Shown: piece by piece, positions 6,365-13,154 of the stretch
Layout: the number at the start of each line of letters is the position of its first letter
Numbering within the stretch: position 1 is the first letter of the stretch
Source: Candidatus Heimdallarchaeota archaeon
GTDB lineage: Archaea; Asgardarchaeota; Heimdallarchaeia; Heimdallarchaeales; Heimdallarchaeaceae
Assembly (NCBI GenBank): GCA_019057375.1
Contig: DXJF01000064.1
Span: 1 to 13,154, forward strand
DNA length: 13,154 nucleotides
Direction of reading: 5' to 3'
Notes under the pieces: model-generated
Database searches by the model: none
Told to the model about the DNA's origin: nothing
What the model saw: only the letters and a program-made list of their open reading frames with translations
Translations under genes and position numbers: made by a program

Positions 6365-7888
6365 ATGATAAAATTAATTGTAAGAATAGATAATATATTA
6401 GATTCAGAGCCAGAATATATGTTAATTAATTCTGATTTAGCCCATAAATATGATATTTTACCGGGGCAACTAATTGAGATTTCTCCTTTTAATATAGGAT
6501 TAAAAGTATACACTAGTGACAAATATCCCGAAAACACTGTTGGGATATCTGGAAAACTAGCAAGAGAACATGGGATTCAGAAAGGTAATGAAATCGTTCT
6601 AAAAGAATTAACCAGTGAGAATTTAATTCATCTGATCCATAAAAAGATGAATGGAGAAGTTCTCCAAGAAGAAGAAATAGATGCAATTTTTGAATCAATT
6701 GATAAAAATCTAATGCATCCAACACAAATAGCTGTACTGATGTCATTATTTCAAGTTCAAGGTTTAACTTTAGAAGAAACAACATCGGTCGCTAAAGCAA
6801 TAATCAATAATTCACAAATCCTAAATATTAAGAAAAAACCTGTAGTTGACAAACATAGTATCGGAGGAATCGCAGGTAATAGAATAACACCTATAATGGT
6901 ACCTATATTAGCAGCTTCGGGACTAACAATTCCAAAAGTGTCAACAAGAGCAATTACATCTCCAGCAGGAACTATAGATGCTGTTGAATTGCTTATGCCT
7001 TGTGAATTGACGCTAGAAGAAATGACAGAAGTTGTCGATACCACAGGTGGTTGTATTGTTAGTGGTGAAACTGTAGGTTTAGCAGACGTATCAGATAAGA
7101 TTATTGCTGTCCTTGAAAAGGTAAAAATCGATCCTAAGGAATTTATGGTTGCTAGTATTATTGCCAAAAAAATAGCTGCTGGTTCCGAATATGTTCTTAT
7201 TGATTTACCTACAGGTAAAGGAGCTAAAGTAGTTCATAGAGAAAATGCACAACAAGTTGGTAGTCTATTCATTTCATTAGCCTATGCTTTGAAAATCAAA
7301 CTTGATTGTATAATCAGTCCTGGAGACAGACCTATCGGAAGTATGATTGGACCTGCATTAGAAGCAAAAGATGCTCTTCAAATTTTAACAGATCAAAACG
7401 GAAGTGCAGATCTGATGAGAAAAGCTCTCTCATTATCAGGTATAATTCTTGAAGCTCACAATTTGTGTCCTCGAGGATATGGTTTTGAGTATGCAGAAGA
7501 TGTTTTGAGAAGTGGAAAAGCACTACAAAAGTTTAAAGAAATTGTGATAGCTCAGGGAGGTGACGAGAATATTAAAGTAGATGATATTCCACAAGCGCCC
7601 TATATTGACACCATAGAAGCAAAAAGTGATGGTGTTGTATATGCAATAGATAGTGCGCCCATCTCAACAATAGCTAGACAAGCAGGAGCCCCTACAGATA
7701 AAACTGCAGGAGTTGTTCTTAAAGTAAAAAGAGGAGATAGATTCAAAAAAGGTGACGTTCTATTTGAAATACATTCGTCTACTGAAAGTAAACTGACATC
7801 TGCTATCAAATTAGCAACATCAGATTTTGAACCCATTGATATGGAAAAAATGATTTTAGACATTATAAGAGGTCCTAAGGAGTTGTAG
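6365..7888 (+). CDS. deoA: AMP phosphorylase (archaeal NMP phosphorylase, thymidine phosphorylase family)
   Basis: N-terminal extra beta-barrel domain (INSDLAHKYDILPGQLIEI...VGIS), then DKHSIGGIAGN, PKVSTRAITSPAGTID, DP...MVASIIAKK.AAG, IDLPTGKGAKV, IGPALEAKDAL and ARQAGAP.DK.AGV.L.VK.GD. About 507 aa from ATG 6365 (GGTGGT RBS); the ORF-track start at TTG 6317 looks too long. Confidence 0.93.
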   Translation: MIKLIVRIDNILDSEPEYMLINSDLAHKYDILPGQLIEISPFNIGLKVYTSDKYPENTVGISGKLAREHGIQKGNEIVLKELTSENLIHLIHKKMNGEVLQEEEIDAIFESIDKNLMHPTQIAVLMSLFQVQGLTLEETTSVAKAIINNSQILNIKKKPVVDKHSIGGIAGNRITPIMVPILAASGLTIPKVSTRAITSPAGTIDAVELLMPCELTLEEMTEVVDTTGGCIVSGETVGLADVSDKIIAVLEKVKIDPKEFMVASIIAKKIAAGSEYVLIDLPTGKGAKVVHRENAQQVGSLFISLAYALKIKLDCIISPGDRPIGSMIGPALEAKDALQILTDQNGSADLMRKALSLSGIILEAHNLCPRGYGFEYAEDVLRSGKALQKFKEIVIAQGGDENIKVDDIPQAPYIDTIEAKSDGVVYAIDSAPISTIARQAGAPTDKTAGVVLKVKRGDRFKKGDVLFEIHSSTESKLTSAIKLATSDFEPIDMEKMILDIIRGPKEL

Positions 7889-7895
7889 GATAACC

Positions 7896-8420
7896 ATGAG
7901 TAATCTTGGTAGCTTTGAATATCAATATTCTGTTTTTTCTACTTCCCAACCTTTCAATTCAGAAACAGTAATTGAACTCATCAGAAGGCAGAAGAAAGAT
8001 GATGTCCATTTGCAGATATTAGATCCTACATTCATTGTTAGTGAAAAGCAAATCATAGCAGCCTTATATCACACCAAAAAAGCATTTCAAAGAGAGAATA
8101 ACATTGCTAGAGATTTCACAACTGAATTTTTGTTGCGACTTTCAGGAAAAAGACAGATATCAAATGCGATAAATTTTCTAGGGATTAAAGATTCATGCAC
8201 TAATATAATGGTTATTGCTTTTGGTGAGAAGAAAGAAGAAATAGAGTATGAATTTGATGTCATTCTAAAAACAATTTCAAAGAATATAGATCTGCAAACA
8301 AAGAAGAAACTTCCGATAACGAGTTTAAAAGAACTATCAATATATTATAAATGTGAAGAAAATTTACAAACTTTAGAGAAAAAAGCTCTTGAGACAATGG
8401 CAGCGGTAGAAATACTCTGA
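7896..8420 (+). CDS. cgi121: KEOPS complex subunit Cgi121
   Basis: 174 aa with QILDP..IVSEKQIIAALYHT.KAF...NIARD...EFLLRLSGKRQISNAINFLG, the Cgi121/TPRKB signature. It starts 7 nt after the AMP phosphorylase stop. Confidence 0.9.
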   Translation: MSNLGSFEYQYSVFSTSQPFNSETVIELIRRQKKDDVHLQILDPTFIVSEKQIIAALYHTKKAFQRENNIARDFTTEFLLRLSGKRQISNAINFLGIKDSCTNIMVIAFGEKKEEIEYEFDVILKTISKNIDLQTKKKLPITSLKELSIYYKCEENLQTLEKKALETMAAVEIL

Positions 8421-8421
8421 A

Positions 8422-9456
8422 TTAATAGGATGGTATCCAGCTTTTTAGTAGCTGAAATCCCATTTCTCTATACTGTTTAACAATTTCTTCAATTCGTTCC
8501 AATTGTTCTCTCTCCTTTGAGGGGGAAGAAAATATGATTGGCTTTAATTTATGAACCATCCCTGAGAGTGAGCCGATTCCAGCTGTACTGTACGCTTTCT
8601 TTCCACTTCCAGTTCTATATTCATAGTCAGGTTCGACTAATAATTTATTATACCAAAGAGGATGAGCTGACATTATTTTAAATCCTTCAGCCACTGGATA
8701 TGACCCACCTTCCAGAATATGGTGATTGAACTTCTCAAGAGCAACTTTGTTGGGATGAAATACATTTCTACTAATGATCCCCTTAACATAGGTTTGTACT
8801 GTCTCCTCTTGCTCAATAATATGGAAAGGTAAAATAGTTGATACTTCTGTAATAGTTGCATCAATTTTATCTGAGTGATAAATCTTTTCTGCTGTATAGA
8901 TTTTTCCGAGAAGATCCAAAGGTAAGCATATACCATTTATTTCTAAAGAGTCTTCTAAATAATTCCCTTTATCCACAGCAAATTCAGCGTGATAAATTCC
9001 AGGACCAAAAATGACTGCAATACGTTCATCTGTAAGCTCCTTAAATGTTTGAGTTTCATCAGTTAACATCACGATTGTATCTCTTCTCAGATCAATTACA
9101 GGTTTACTAAGAAAAACACCTTTGTTTGGAGTTCCAATTAGTTTAGTCCATGAAGTTATTATTAGCAAAGAGTTTAAGTTTCTGGATTCCATTTCCTGTA
9201 ATCTCATTTGCTTTTTCTTATTCTCTAAAGTAATTATTTCCTCATCAACTCTTTTGAGAACATGTTCTGTTTCTGGTAAGCGTCTAGGATATCCCTCATC
9301 AGACATAAAAGCTATTAAATCACGTAAAGGAAGATCACCAGTATCAAAATCATAGAAGTTTGCGCCTGAACCATAATATTGTTTCAAGAGTTGTAAGAGT
9401 TCTATCCTCTTGTGAATCTCTTTGTATTCCTTTGAATCTTCAACCTTAAGCGACAT
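8422..9456 (-). CDS. Hypothetical soluble protein, 344 aa, no family recognised
   Basis: Long open frame with host-like composition filling the gap between pfkB and cgi121. Helical or coiled-coil-like N-terminus (VLKRVDEEIITLENKKKQMRLQEM), mixed alpha/beta remainder, no signal peptide or transmembrane segment evident. Confidence 0.8.
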   Translation of the reverse strand: MSLKVEDSKEYKEIHKRIELLQLLKQYYGSGANFYDFDTGDLPLRDLIAFMSDEGYPRRLPETEHVLKRVDEEIITLENKKKQMRLQEMESRNLNSLLIITSWTKLIGTPNKGVFLSKPVIDLRRDTIVMLTDETQTFKELTDERIAVIFGPGIYHAEFAVDKGNYLEDSLEINGICLPLDLLGKIYTAEKIYHSDKIDATITEVSTILPFHIIEQEETVQTYVKGIISRNVFHPNKVALEKFNHHILEGGSYPVAEGFKIMSAHPLWYNKLLVEPDYEYRTGSGKKAYSTAGIGSLSGMVHKLKPIIFSSPSKEREQLERIEEIVKQYREMGFQLLKSWIPSY

Positions 9457-9502
9457 TGTACTAACAAACTTCCATGTATTGGCTATAGTATTCTCTAAAT
9501 GT

Positions 9503-10513
9503 TTAGCTATTTATTCTTTTTGAGATATGTAATGCATTGGGGTATTTTCCAGTTTCTATTAGATATGAGGCAGCCTCCATTGCATAGTTTAAAGAGTCTG
9601 TTATAGAGTGAGAATCTAATATTGAATGAATAAAAGCTCCATTAAAGCAGTCTCCTGCTCCAACAAATTTCACTTTGCTTTCAAGATTCTTTGTTTTTAG
9701 GTTGATTTCTTCTTTTCCACAAAAAGAAACATTATCAGATGTGTGCAAAATAATTGGAACATCAAGAAAACTTGCTAGTTCCCTTGGGGTTTTTGAGAAA
9801 AGCTTACTTAGAACAGTTAATTCATATTCATTTACAGATAGATATTTTTCTCCTTCGAATTTCTTCAATTGAACTAATATTTTGCAAAATTCATCAATTC
9901 TTTCAAAATGAGAAATATCTGAAGGATCAACGAAAATAATTCCGTCATATGATGTTCCAGAACAGGAAGAAATCATACCAAGTGGATCATTGCTATCTTC
10001 AAGTGAATCTAATATTTTTTCATCCTCTAAACTTAGAAGAAGAAAGCTTACCCATTCAATAGAGGTGGGATTCAGTGATACATTACTTATAGGCTTCAAA
10101 GGACTTTTTCTGTAGTATTTTATAATCTTTTCAGATAAGTTTTCTAGCGAGAGTTTTCCTTGAATTGAATTGAATTGTACTTCACCATCTTGAAGATTCA
10201 GAATTGTAGTATAATTGACCTCTACATTTTGTATAGTTTTTATCTGAATTGGTATGCAATTATCTTTTATCAATTTCTCAAAAAATGTTGAAGACGGTCC
10301 AACATAGGTTACATTTCTCCCTAGCGTAGCTAAAGTTCGACAGAGGTTGAAACCATTACCGCCTGGTTGAAAGTCCAATCTTGTATCTGAATGATGCGAT
10401 CCTAGTTTAGGCAAATCTTTGATAAAACCAGTTTTACTAGAGTTTAAAGGGTGAATATCTATATCAATAAAAGCTGAATCAAAACCACCATAAATCATTG
10501 TATCTTTGTGCAT
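9503..10513 (-). CDS. PfkB/ribokinase-family carbohydrate or nucleoside kinase, substrate unknown
   Basis: QPGGNGFNLCRTLATLG (first PfkB signature) and VGAGDCFNGAFI (anion hole with catalytic Asp). ATG 10513 preferred over GTG 10525 because AGGTG, formed by the argS stop TAG plus GTG, sits 9 nt upstream of it. Confidence 0.85.
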   Translation of the reverse strand: MHKDTMIYGGFDSAFIDIDIHPLNSSKTGFIKDLPKLGSHHSDTRLDFQPGGNGFNLCRTLATLGRNVTYVGPSSTFFEKLIKDNCIPIQIKTIQNVEVNYTTILNLQDGEVQFNSIQGKLSLENLSEKIIKYYRKSPLKPISNVSLNPTSIEWVSFLLLSLEDEKILDSLEDSNDPLGMISSCSGTSYDGIIFVDPSDISHFERIDEFCKILVQLKKFEGEKYLSVNEYELTVLSKLFSKTPRELASFLDVPIILHTSDNVSFCGKEEINLKTKNLESKVKFVGAGDCFNGAFIHSILDSHSITDSLNYAMEAASYLIETGKYPNALHISKRINS

Positions 10514-10525
10514 TAAATCAAACAC

Positions 10526-12550
10526 CTACATTTTCTCTAGTATATCAATTCCCATTACTTCAAATAAACTCTCCAAGCATTTTGTAAATGAATATACAAT
10601 GGCAATTCTTGTATCAAGACTGTCTTTGTCTTCAGCTAGGAGAACTGGACACGCATCATAGAATTTGTGGAATGCTGAAGCTAAAGAGAAAGCATAATTT
10701 GCCACAATATCAGGTTTAAGCTGAGTTAGAGCTCTCTTCAACACATATGGTAATTCTTCCATCAAGGATATCATTTTCCACTCTACTTCTTTCCTGATAT
10801 CAAAATTGATTTGTTTTACAGACTGGATTATACTATCGGTATCAATCCCTTTTTCAGGGGCTTTTTGAAGAATGTTTAATGCTCTAGCATAAGAATATTG
10901 CAGAAAAGGTCCTGTATTCTCATTCGGATCAACTGCTTTTTTTGTATCAAAAGTTACAGCTTTTTGAGGATCAATTTTGAGTATTGAATAACGAATACTA
11001 CTTATTGAGACTTTCTTTGCAATATCCTCTTTTATTTCAGTAGAATAATCACGATTTTCGAGTATGGTTTCTATCTCATGTTTTGCCATTATAAACAATT
11101 CATCACAAGTAACATATTCGAATTCACGACCAGCCATTCTCCCTCCAACTAAAGTAACAATTTCATAATCATAATGTGAAATTTTGTCTGCTTTTTCATG
11201 TTCTCCCAAACCGTATAAAGCTGTTCTCACAGATAATTGTGCTAGTTGTTGATCTTTGCCGATTACATTTATACAATAATCAGCATCAAACTTCTCTAAT
11301 TTATGAAGATGGTAAGCTATATCCCTACTAGGATAAAGAGCAATACCTTCAGAATTTACTAAAATTAAATCAGGTATTTCATAAGTAATATTGTACTTTA
11401 CCTTAAATCCTAGCTGAGAAGCTATCTTATCATTCTCAAGCAAGAGAGCTTGACCATCATGTCTTAGAAATTCATTTTTATCGAGTTGAGCAAGTATTTT
11501 TCCTACTTCTCCTCCCCAAGAAACTTCTGATTCCCAATCAAAATCATCATGATAGATATTATAGAGATTCAAAGTTTCTGTATGTCCAGAAAGTGTATTT
11601 TGTGTTACCTCCCTAAATTTGTCTACTATTTCTTCATCTTCTCCAGCAAGATAACCAACAAGATATTTATTTGTCAAATCATCTAAATCTTCAATATTTA
11701 GATCGAGAAGATTCTTCAGCTGAAGATATAATTCAGAGAGTTTTTCTTTCAATGAATTTTGAACGCGTAATAACTTTTGTAAACGTTCAAGCAACCGCTC
11801 TTTCTGTTGCTGATCAACACTGGAAGTGTCAAGTTTATCTTGATAATATTCTATTTCAGCATCACTTAACTCATATGCGGTAGATTCTATATCAGGTATT
11901 AGAGATAATGATTCAAATTCACTTTTAATTTGGTTAATTTCTAGAAATGTATTCATTAAAGCATAGATTTTTCCTATCCAAATATCAATTTTAGTGTCAG
12001 GTTTAACTCCATCATCCTTCAATAAGAAATACCCTATGATAACTGGGGCAATTTGACGTCCCAGATCATTAACATAATACCGAAAATTAACTTTAGCTCC
12101 CAAGAATCTATAAAGTCGTCCAATAACATCACCTAAAATAGAATTTCTTATATTCCCAATATGTAAAGGACTGATTGGATTAGCTGAAGTATGTTCAACT
12201 ATAATCCGCTTCTTCTTTTTCAAATCACTTGTTCCATATTTGTCCAACGACATTATTTTCGGAAGGATTGACTTTGTGAATTCACTCTTATTGATGAAGA
12301 GGTTTAGAAAACCTCCTTTTAACTCAAACTTATCTACAATACTCGGTAGGGAGAAATTTTCTATAAGTGCTTTCCCAATATCGGAAGGTGGTAAAGAAGT
12401 TTCTTTAGCAACATTAAAAAGTGGAAAGCTAAGATCTCCCAAATCTGAAGAAGGGGGTTTAGACCACACTATTTCAGTTGTGATATTGTATTTATTTTGA
12501 AGAATCTCTTGCAAATGGTAATGTATGGAATCATAAATGCGAGAATACAT
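10526..12550 (-). CDS. argS: Arginine--tRNA ligase (class I), crenarchaeal-like type with a long helical insertion
   Basis: N-terminal Add-1 domain (PP.SDLGDLSFP...GGFLN), EHTSANPISPLHIGNIRNSILGD (HIGH-like HIGN at 12163-12152), YYVNDLGRQ, LYPSRDIAYH, KMSKS-equivalent RMAGR (~11140-11126) and DALR-region GPFLQYSYARA...FHKFYDACPVL. AGGAG RBS at 12566-12562. Confidence 0.97.
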   Translation of the reverse strand: MYSRIYDSIHYHLQEILQNKYNITTEIVWSKPPSSDLGDLSFPLFNVAKETSLPPSDIGKALIENFSLPSIVDKFELKGGFLNLFINKSEFTKSILPKIMSLDKYGTSDLKKKKRIIVEHTSANPISPLHIGNIRNSILGDVIGRLYRFLGAKVNFRYYVNDLGRQIAPVIIGYFLLKDDGVKPDTKIDIWIGKIYALMNTFLEINQIKSEFESLSLIPDIESTAYELSDAEIEYYQDKLDTSSVDQQQKERLLERLQKLLRVQNSLKEKLSELYLQLKNLLDLNIEDLDDLTNKYLVGYLAGEDEEIVDKFREVTQNTLSGHTETLNLYNIYHDDFDWESEVSWGGEVGKILAQLDKNEFLRHDGQALLLENDKIASQLGFKVKYNITYEIPDLILVNSEGIALYPSRDIAYHLHKLEKFDADYCINVIGKDQQLAQLSVRTALYGLGEHEKADKISHYDYEIVTLVGGRMAGREFEYVTCDELFIMAKHEIETILENRDYSTEIKEDIAKKVSISSIRYSILKIDPQKAVTFDTKKAVDPNENTGPFLQYSYARALNILQKAPEKGIDTDSIIQSVKQINFDIRKEVEWKMISLMEELPYVLKRALTQLKPDIVANYAFSLASAFHKFYDACPVLLAEDKDSLDTRIAIVYSFTKCLESLFEVMGIDILEKM

Positions 12551-12561
12551 GTAATTATTAT

Positions 12562-12629
12562 CTCCTAGGTTGATGTAAACTATCTGAGTTCTACTGTTAC
12601 AAATTCTTTAAAAAATACTTAAACTTTCC
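12562..12629 (-). promoter_or_regulatory. argS promoter (BRE and TATA) and RBS
   Basis: GGAAAG (12629-12624), TTTAAGTA (12623-12616) and AGGAG (12566-12562), 11 nt before ATG 12550. Confidence 0.55.
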
Positions 12630-12639
12630 TTCCTACGCA

Positions 12640-13060
12640 CGTTATGAAACTTAGTTAAATTTGCCAGAAGGCTTCTAACCGTTGTCTAAGTGGGGCCTCA
12701 CGTGAGTTGAGGGGAAAAGAATCAGGAGAAAGGGGTGTACCAGGAAGGGAAGCAATGTTCTTGGCAGCATTGTCGTGAGTGTTGACTGTTTGACCACATT
12801 TTTTGCAAAAGGTAACATCGTACTGACCAGTAACTCTAGCAAGAACACCTTCACACCCTTAATGAAGGATGCTGGTGTGATAGGGAAGACCAATCAGTTC
12901 TCACTCCAGCACAAGTTAATGATATACTCTCAATCACAGCAACTATTATGGTTCTACAGGTGTTGTACATGTGTTTGACACCCTTTTGAAAGCTCACTAT
13001 CTTACATATAAGTGAATAAGACCTCCCACACGTGAAAGATTGCACTCATTATATCTATAA
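12640..13060 (-). mobile_element. Probable internally deleted, non-autonomous IS200/IS605-type relic; ends not defined
   Basis: Contains the tnpB tail. 12661-12780 is 61/120 G+C against 15/60 in the adjacent 12601-12660. Several short palindromes are present (AGAAG-G-CTTCT 12666-12676, CTCACGTGAG 12697-12706, interrupted hairpin ~12984-13015). No tnpA in the window and no canonical terminal tetranucleotide could be assigned with confidence. Confidence 0.45.
12655..12990 (-). pseudogene. tnpB: Degenerate 3' fragment of an IS200/IS605-family tnpB (zinc finger and RuvC-III region)
   Basis: A minus frame not listed in the ORF track reads (E)LIGLPYHTSILH*GCEGVLARVTGQYDVTFCKKCGQTVNTHDNAAKNIASLPG...LEAFWQI*. 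In-frame TAA at 12861-12859, CKKCG at 12807-12793, NTHDNAAKNI at 12783-12754, final TAA at 12657-12655. This matches the TnpB tail P.yTS..C..C...F.C..CG...NaD.NAA.NI. A second frame just upstream (KHMYNTCRTIIVAVIESISLTCAGVRTDW) fits the W.....l..ka...Gi.v..v segment and joins through a frameshift near 12885-12900. The N-terminal two-thirds are absent. Confidence 0.8.
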
Positions 13061-13154
13061 CCCTTTGATACAAAAAAACTAATCTTGAGATGATTATTGT
13101 TTTGTTTGTTTCTTAAATATTTGAAGTTTTGGGGGAAGATGTTTATAGATAAGA

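Noticed and set aside
9503-10513. PfkB kinase as a substitute for the missing galactokinase
   Set aside because: Galactokinases are GHMP-family enzymes acting on the anomeric C1, whereas PfkB enzymes generally phosphorylate primary hydroxyls. The gene is also in a different transcription unit about 5 kb from the gal pair.
6280-12500. Short ORF-track ORFs 6280-6537, 6513-6785, 6757-7167, 7332-7523, 7600-7863, 8673-8936, 9122-9355, 9675-9872, 9754-9939, 11671-11883 and 12240-12500
   Set aside because: All lie within or antisense to well-supported long genes, as expected for shadow frames.
12620-12680. RNase P-like words (minus-strand GGAAGGAAAGTTT; plus-strand CAGAAGGCTT)
   Set aside because: They are on opposite strands and in the wrong order, so P4 cannot form. 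The first is better explained as the argS BRE/TATA.
12721-12757. Plus-strand AGGGGTGTACCAGGAAGGGAAGCAA resembling SRP RNA helix 6/8
   Set aside because: It lacks the CAGG-N3-GNAA-N3-AGCA geometry (the three-base stem arm is missing) and I see no Alu domain. The sequence is explained by the opposite-strand tnpB tail codons (IASLPGTPL).
12859-12861. In-frame stop in the tnpB frame as a possible recoding site
   Set aside because: It is TAA (not TGA or TAG) and is accompanied by a frameshift and loss of the N-terminal two-thirds, so pseudogenisation is the simpler explanation.
12675-13045. ORF-track ORFs 12675-12893 (-), 12775-12978 (+) and 12851-13045 (-) as real genes
   Set aside because: They are alternative frames over the tnpB relic. 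Only part of 12851-13045 corresponds to the ancestral tnpB frame, and none is a credible independent protein.
13097-13111. TTGTTTTGTTTGTTT short repeat
   Set aside because: A low-complexity AT-rich intergenic tract too short to be meaningful.
12600-13154. CRISPR array or tRNA near the TnpB/Cas12f-like fragment
   Set aside because: No regularly spaced direct repeats and no tRNA T-loop or cloverleaf were seen here or elsewhere in the window.

Overview
AT-rich archaeal chromosomal segment. An Asgard-type lineage is plausible but is inference only, from the gene set, a crenarchaeal-like ArgRS and archaeal TATA/RBS signals. Left to right: (1) a >=798-aa secreted acidic Ig/CARDB-type surface protein on the minus strand, absent from the ORF track because it runs off the left edge; (2) a divergent galactoside pair, galT (minus) and a GH57 alpha-galactosidase of the Pyrococcus GalA type (plus); (3) a thioredoxin-CxxC protein fused to a possible DICT-like sensory domain, convergent with two Cys4 micro-proteins, one a 49-aa zinc ribbon below the ORF-track cutoff; (4) AMP phosphorylase followed by KEOPS Cgi121; (5) a minus-strand run of argS, a PfkB kinase and a 344-aa protein I cannot assign; (6) just upstream of the argS promoter, a previously unlabelled ~350-400 bp locally GC-rich remnant of an IS200/IS605-type tnpB 3' end. 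The remnant has a frameshift, an in-frame stop, His in place of the RuvC-III Asp, an upstream TATA-like box and potential 5'-3' end pairing, so it may be an omegaRNA-like relic. No rRNA, tRNA or CRISPR array was found.
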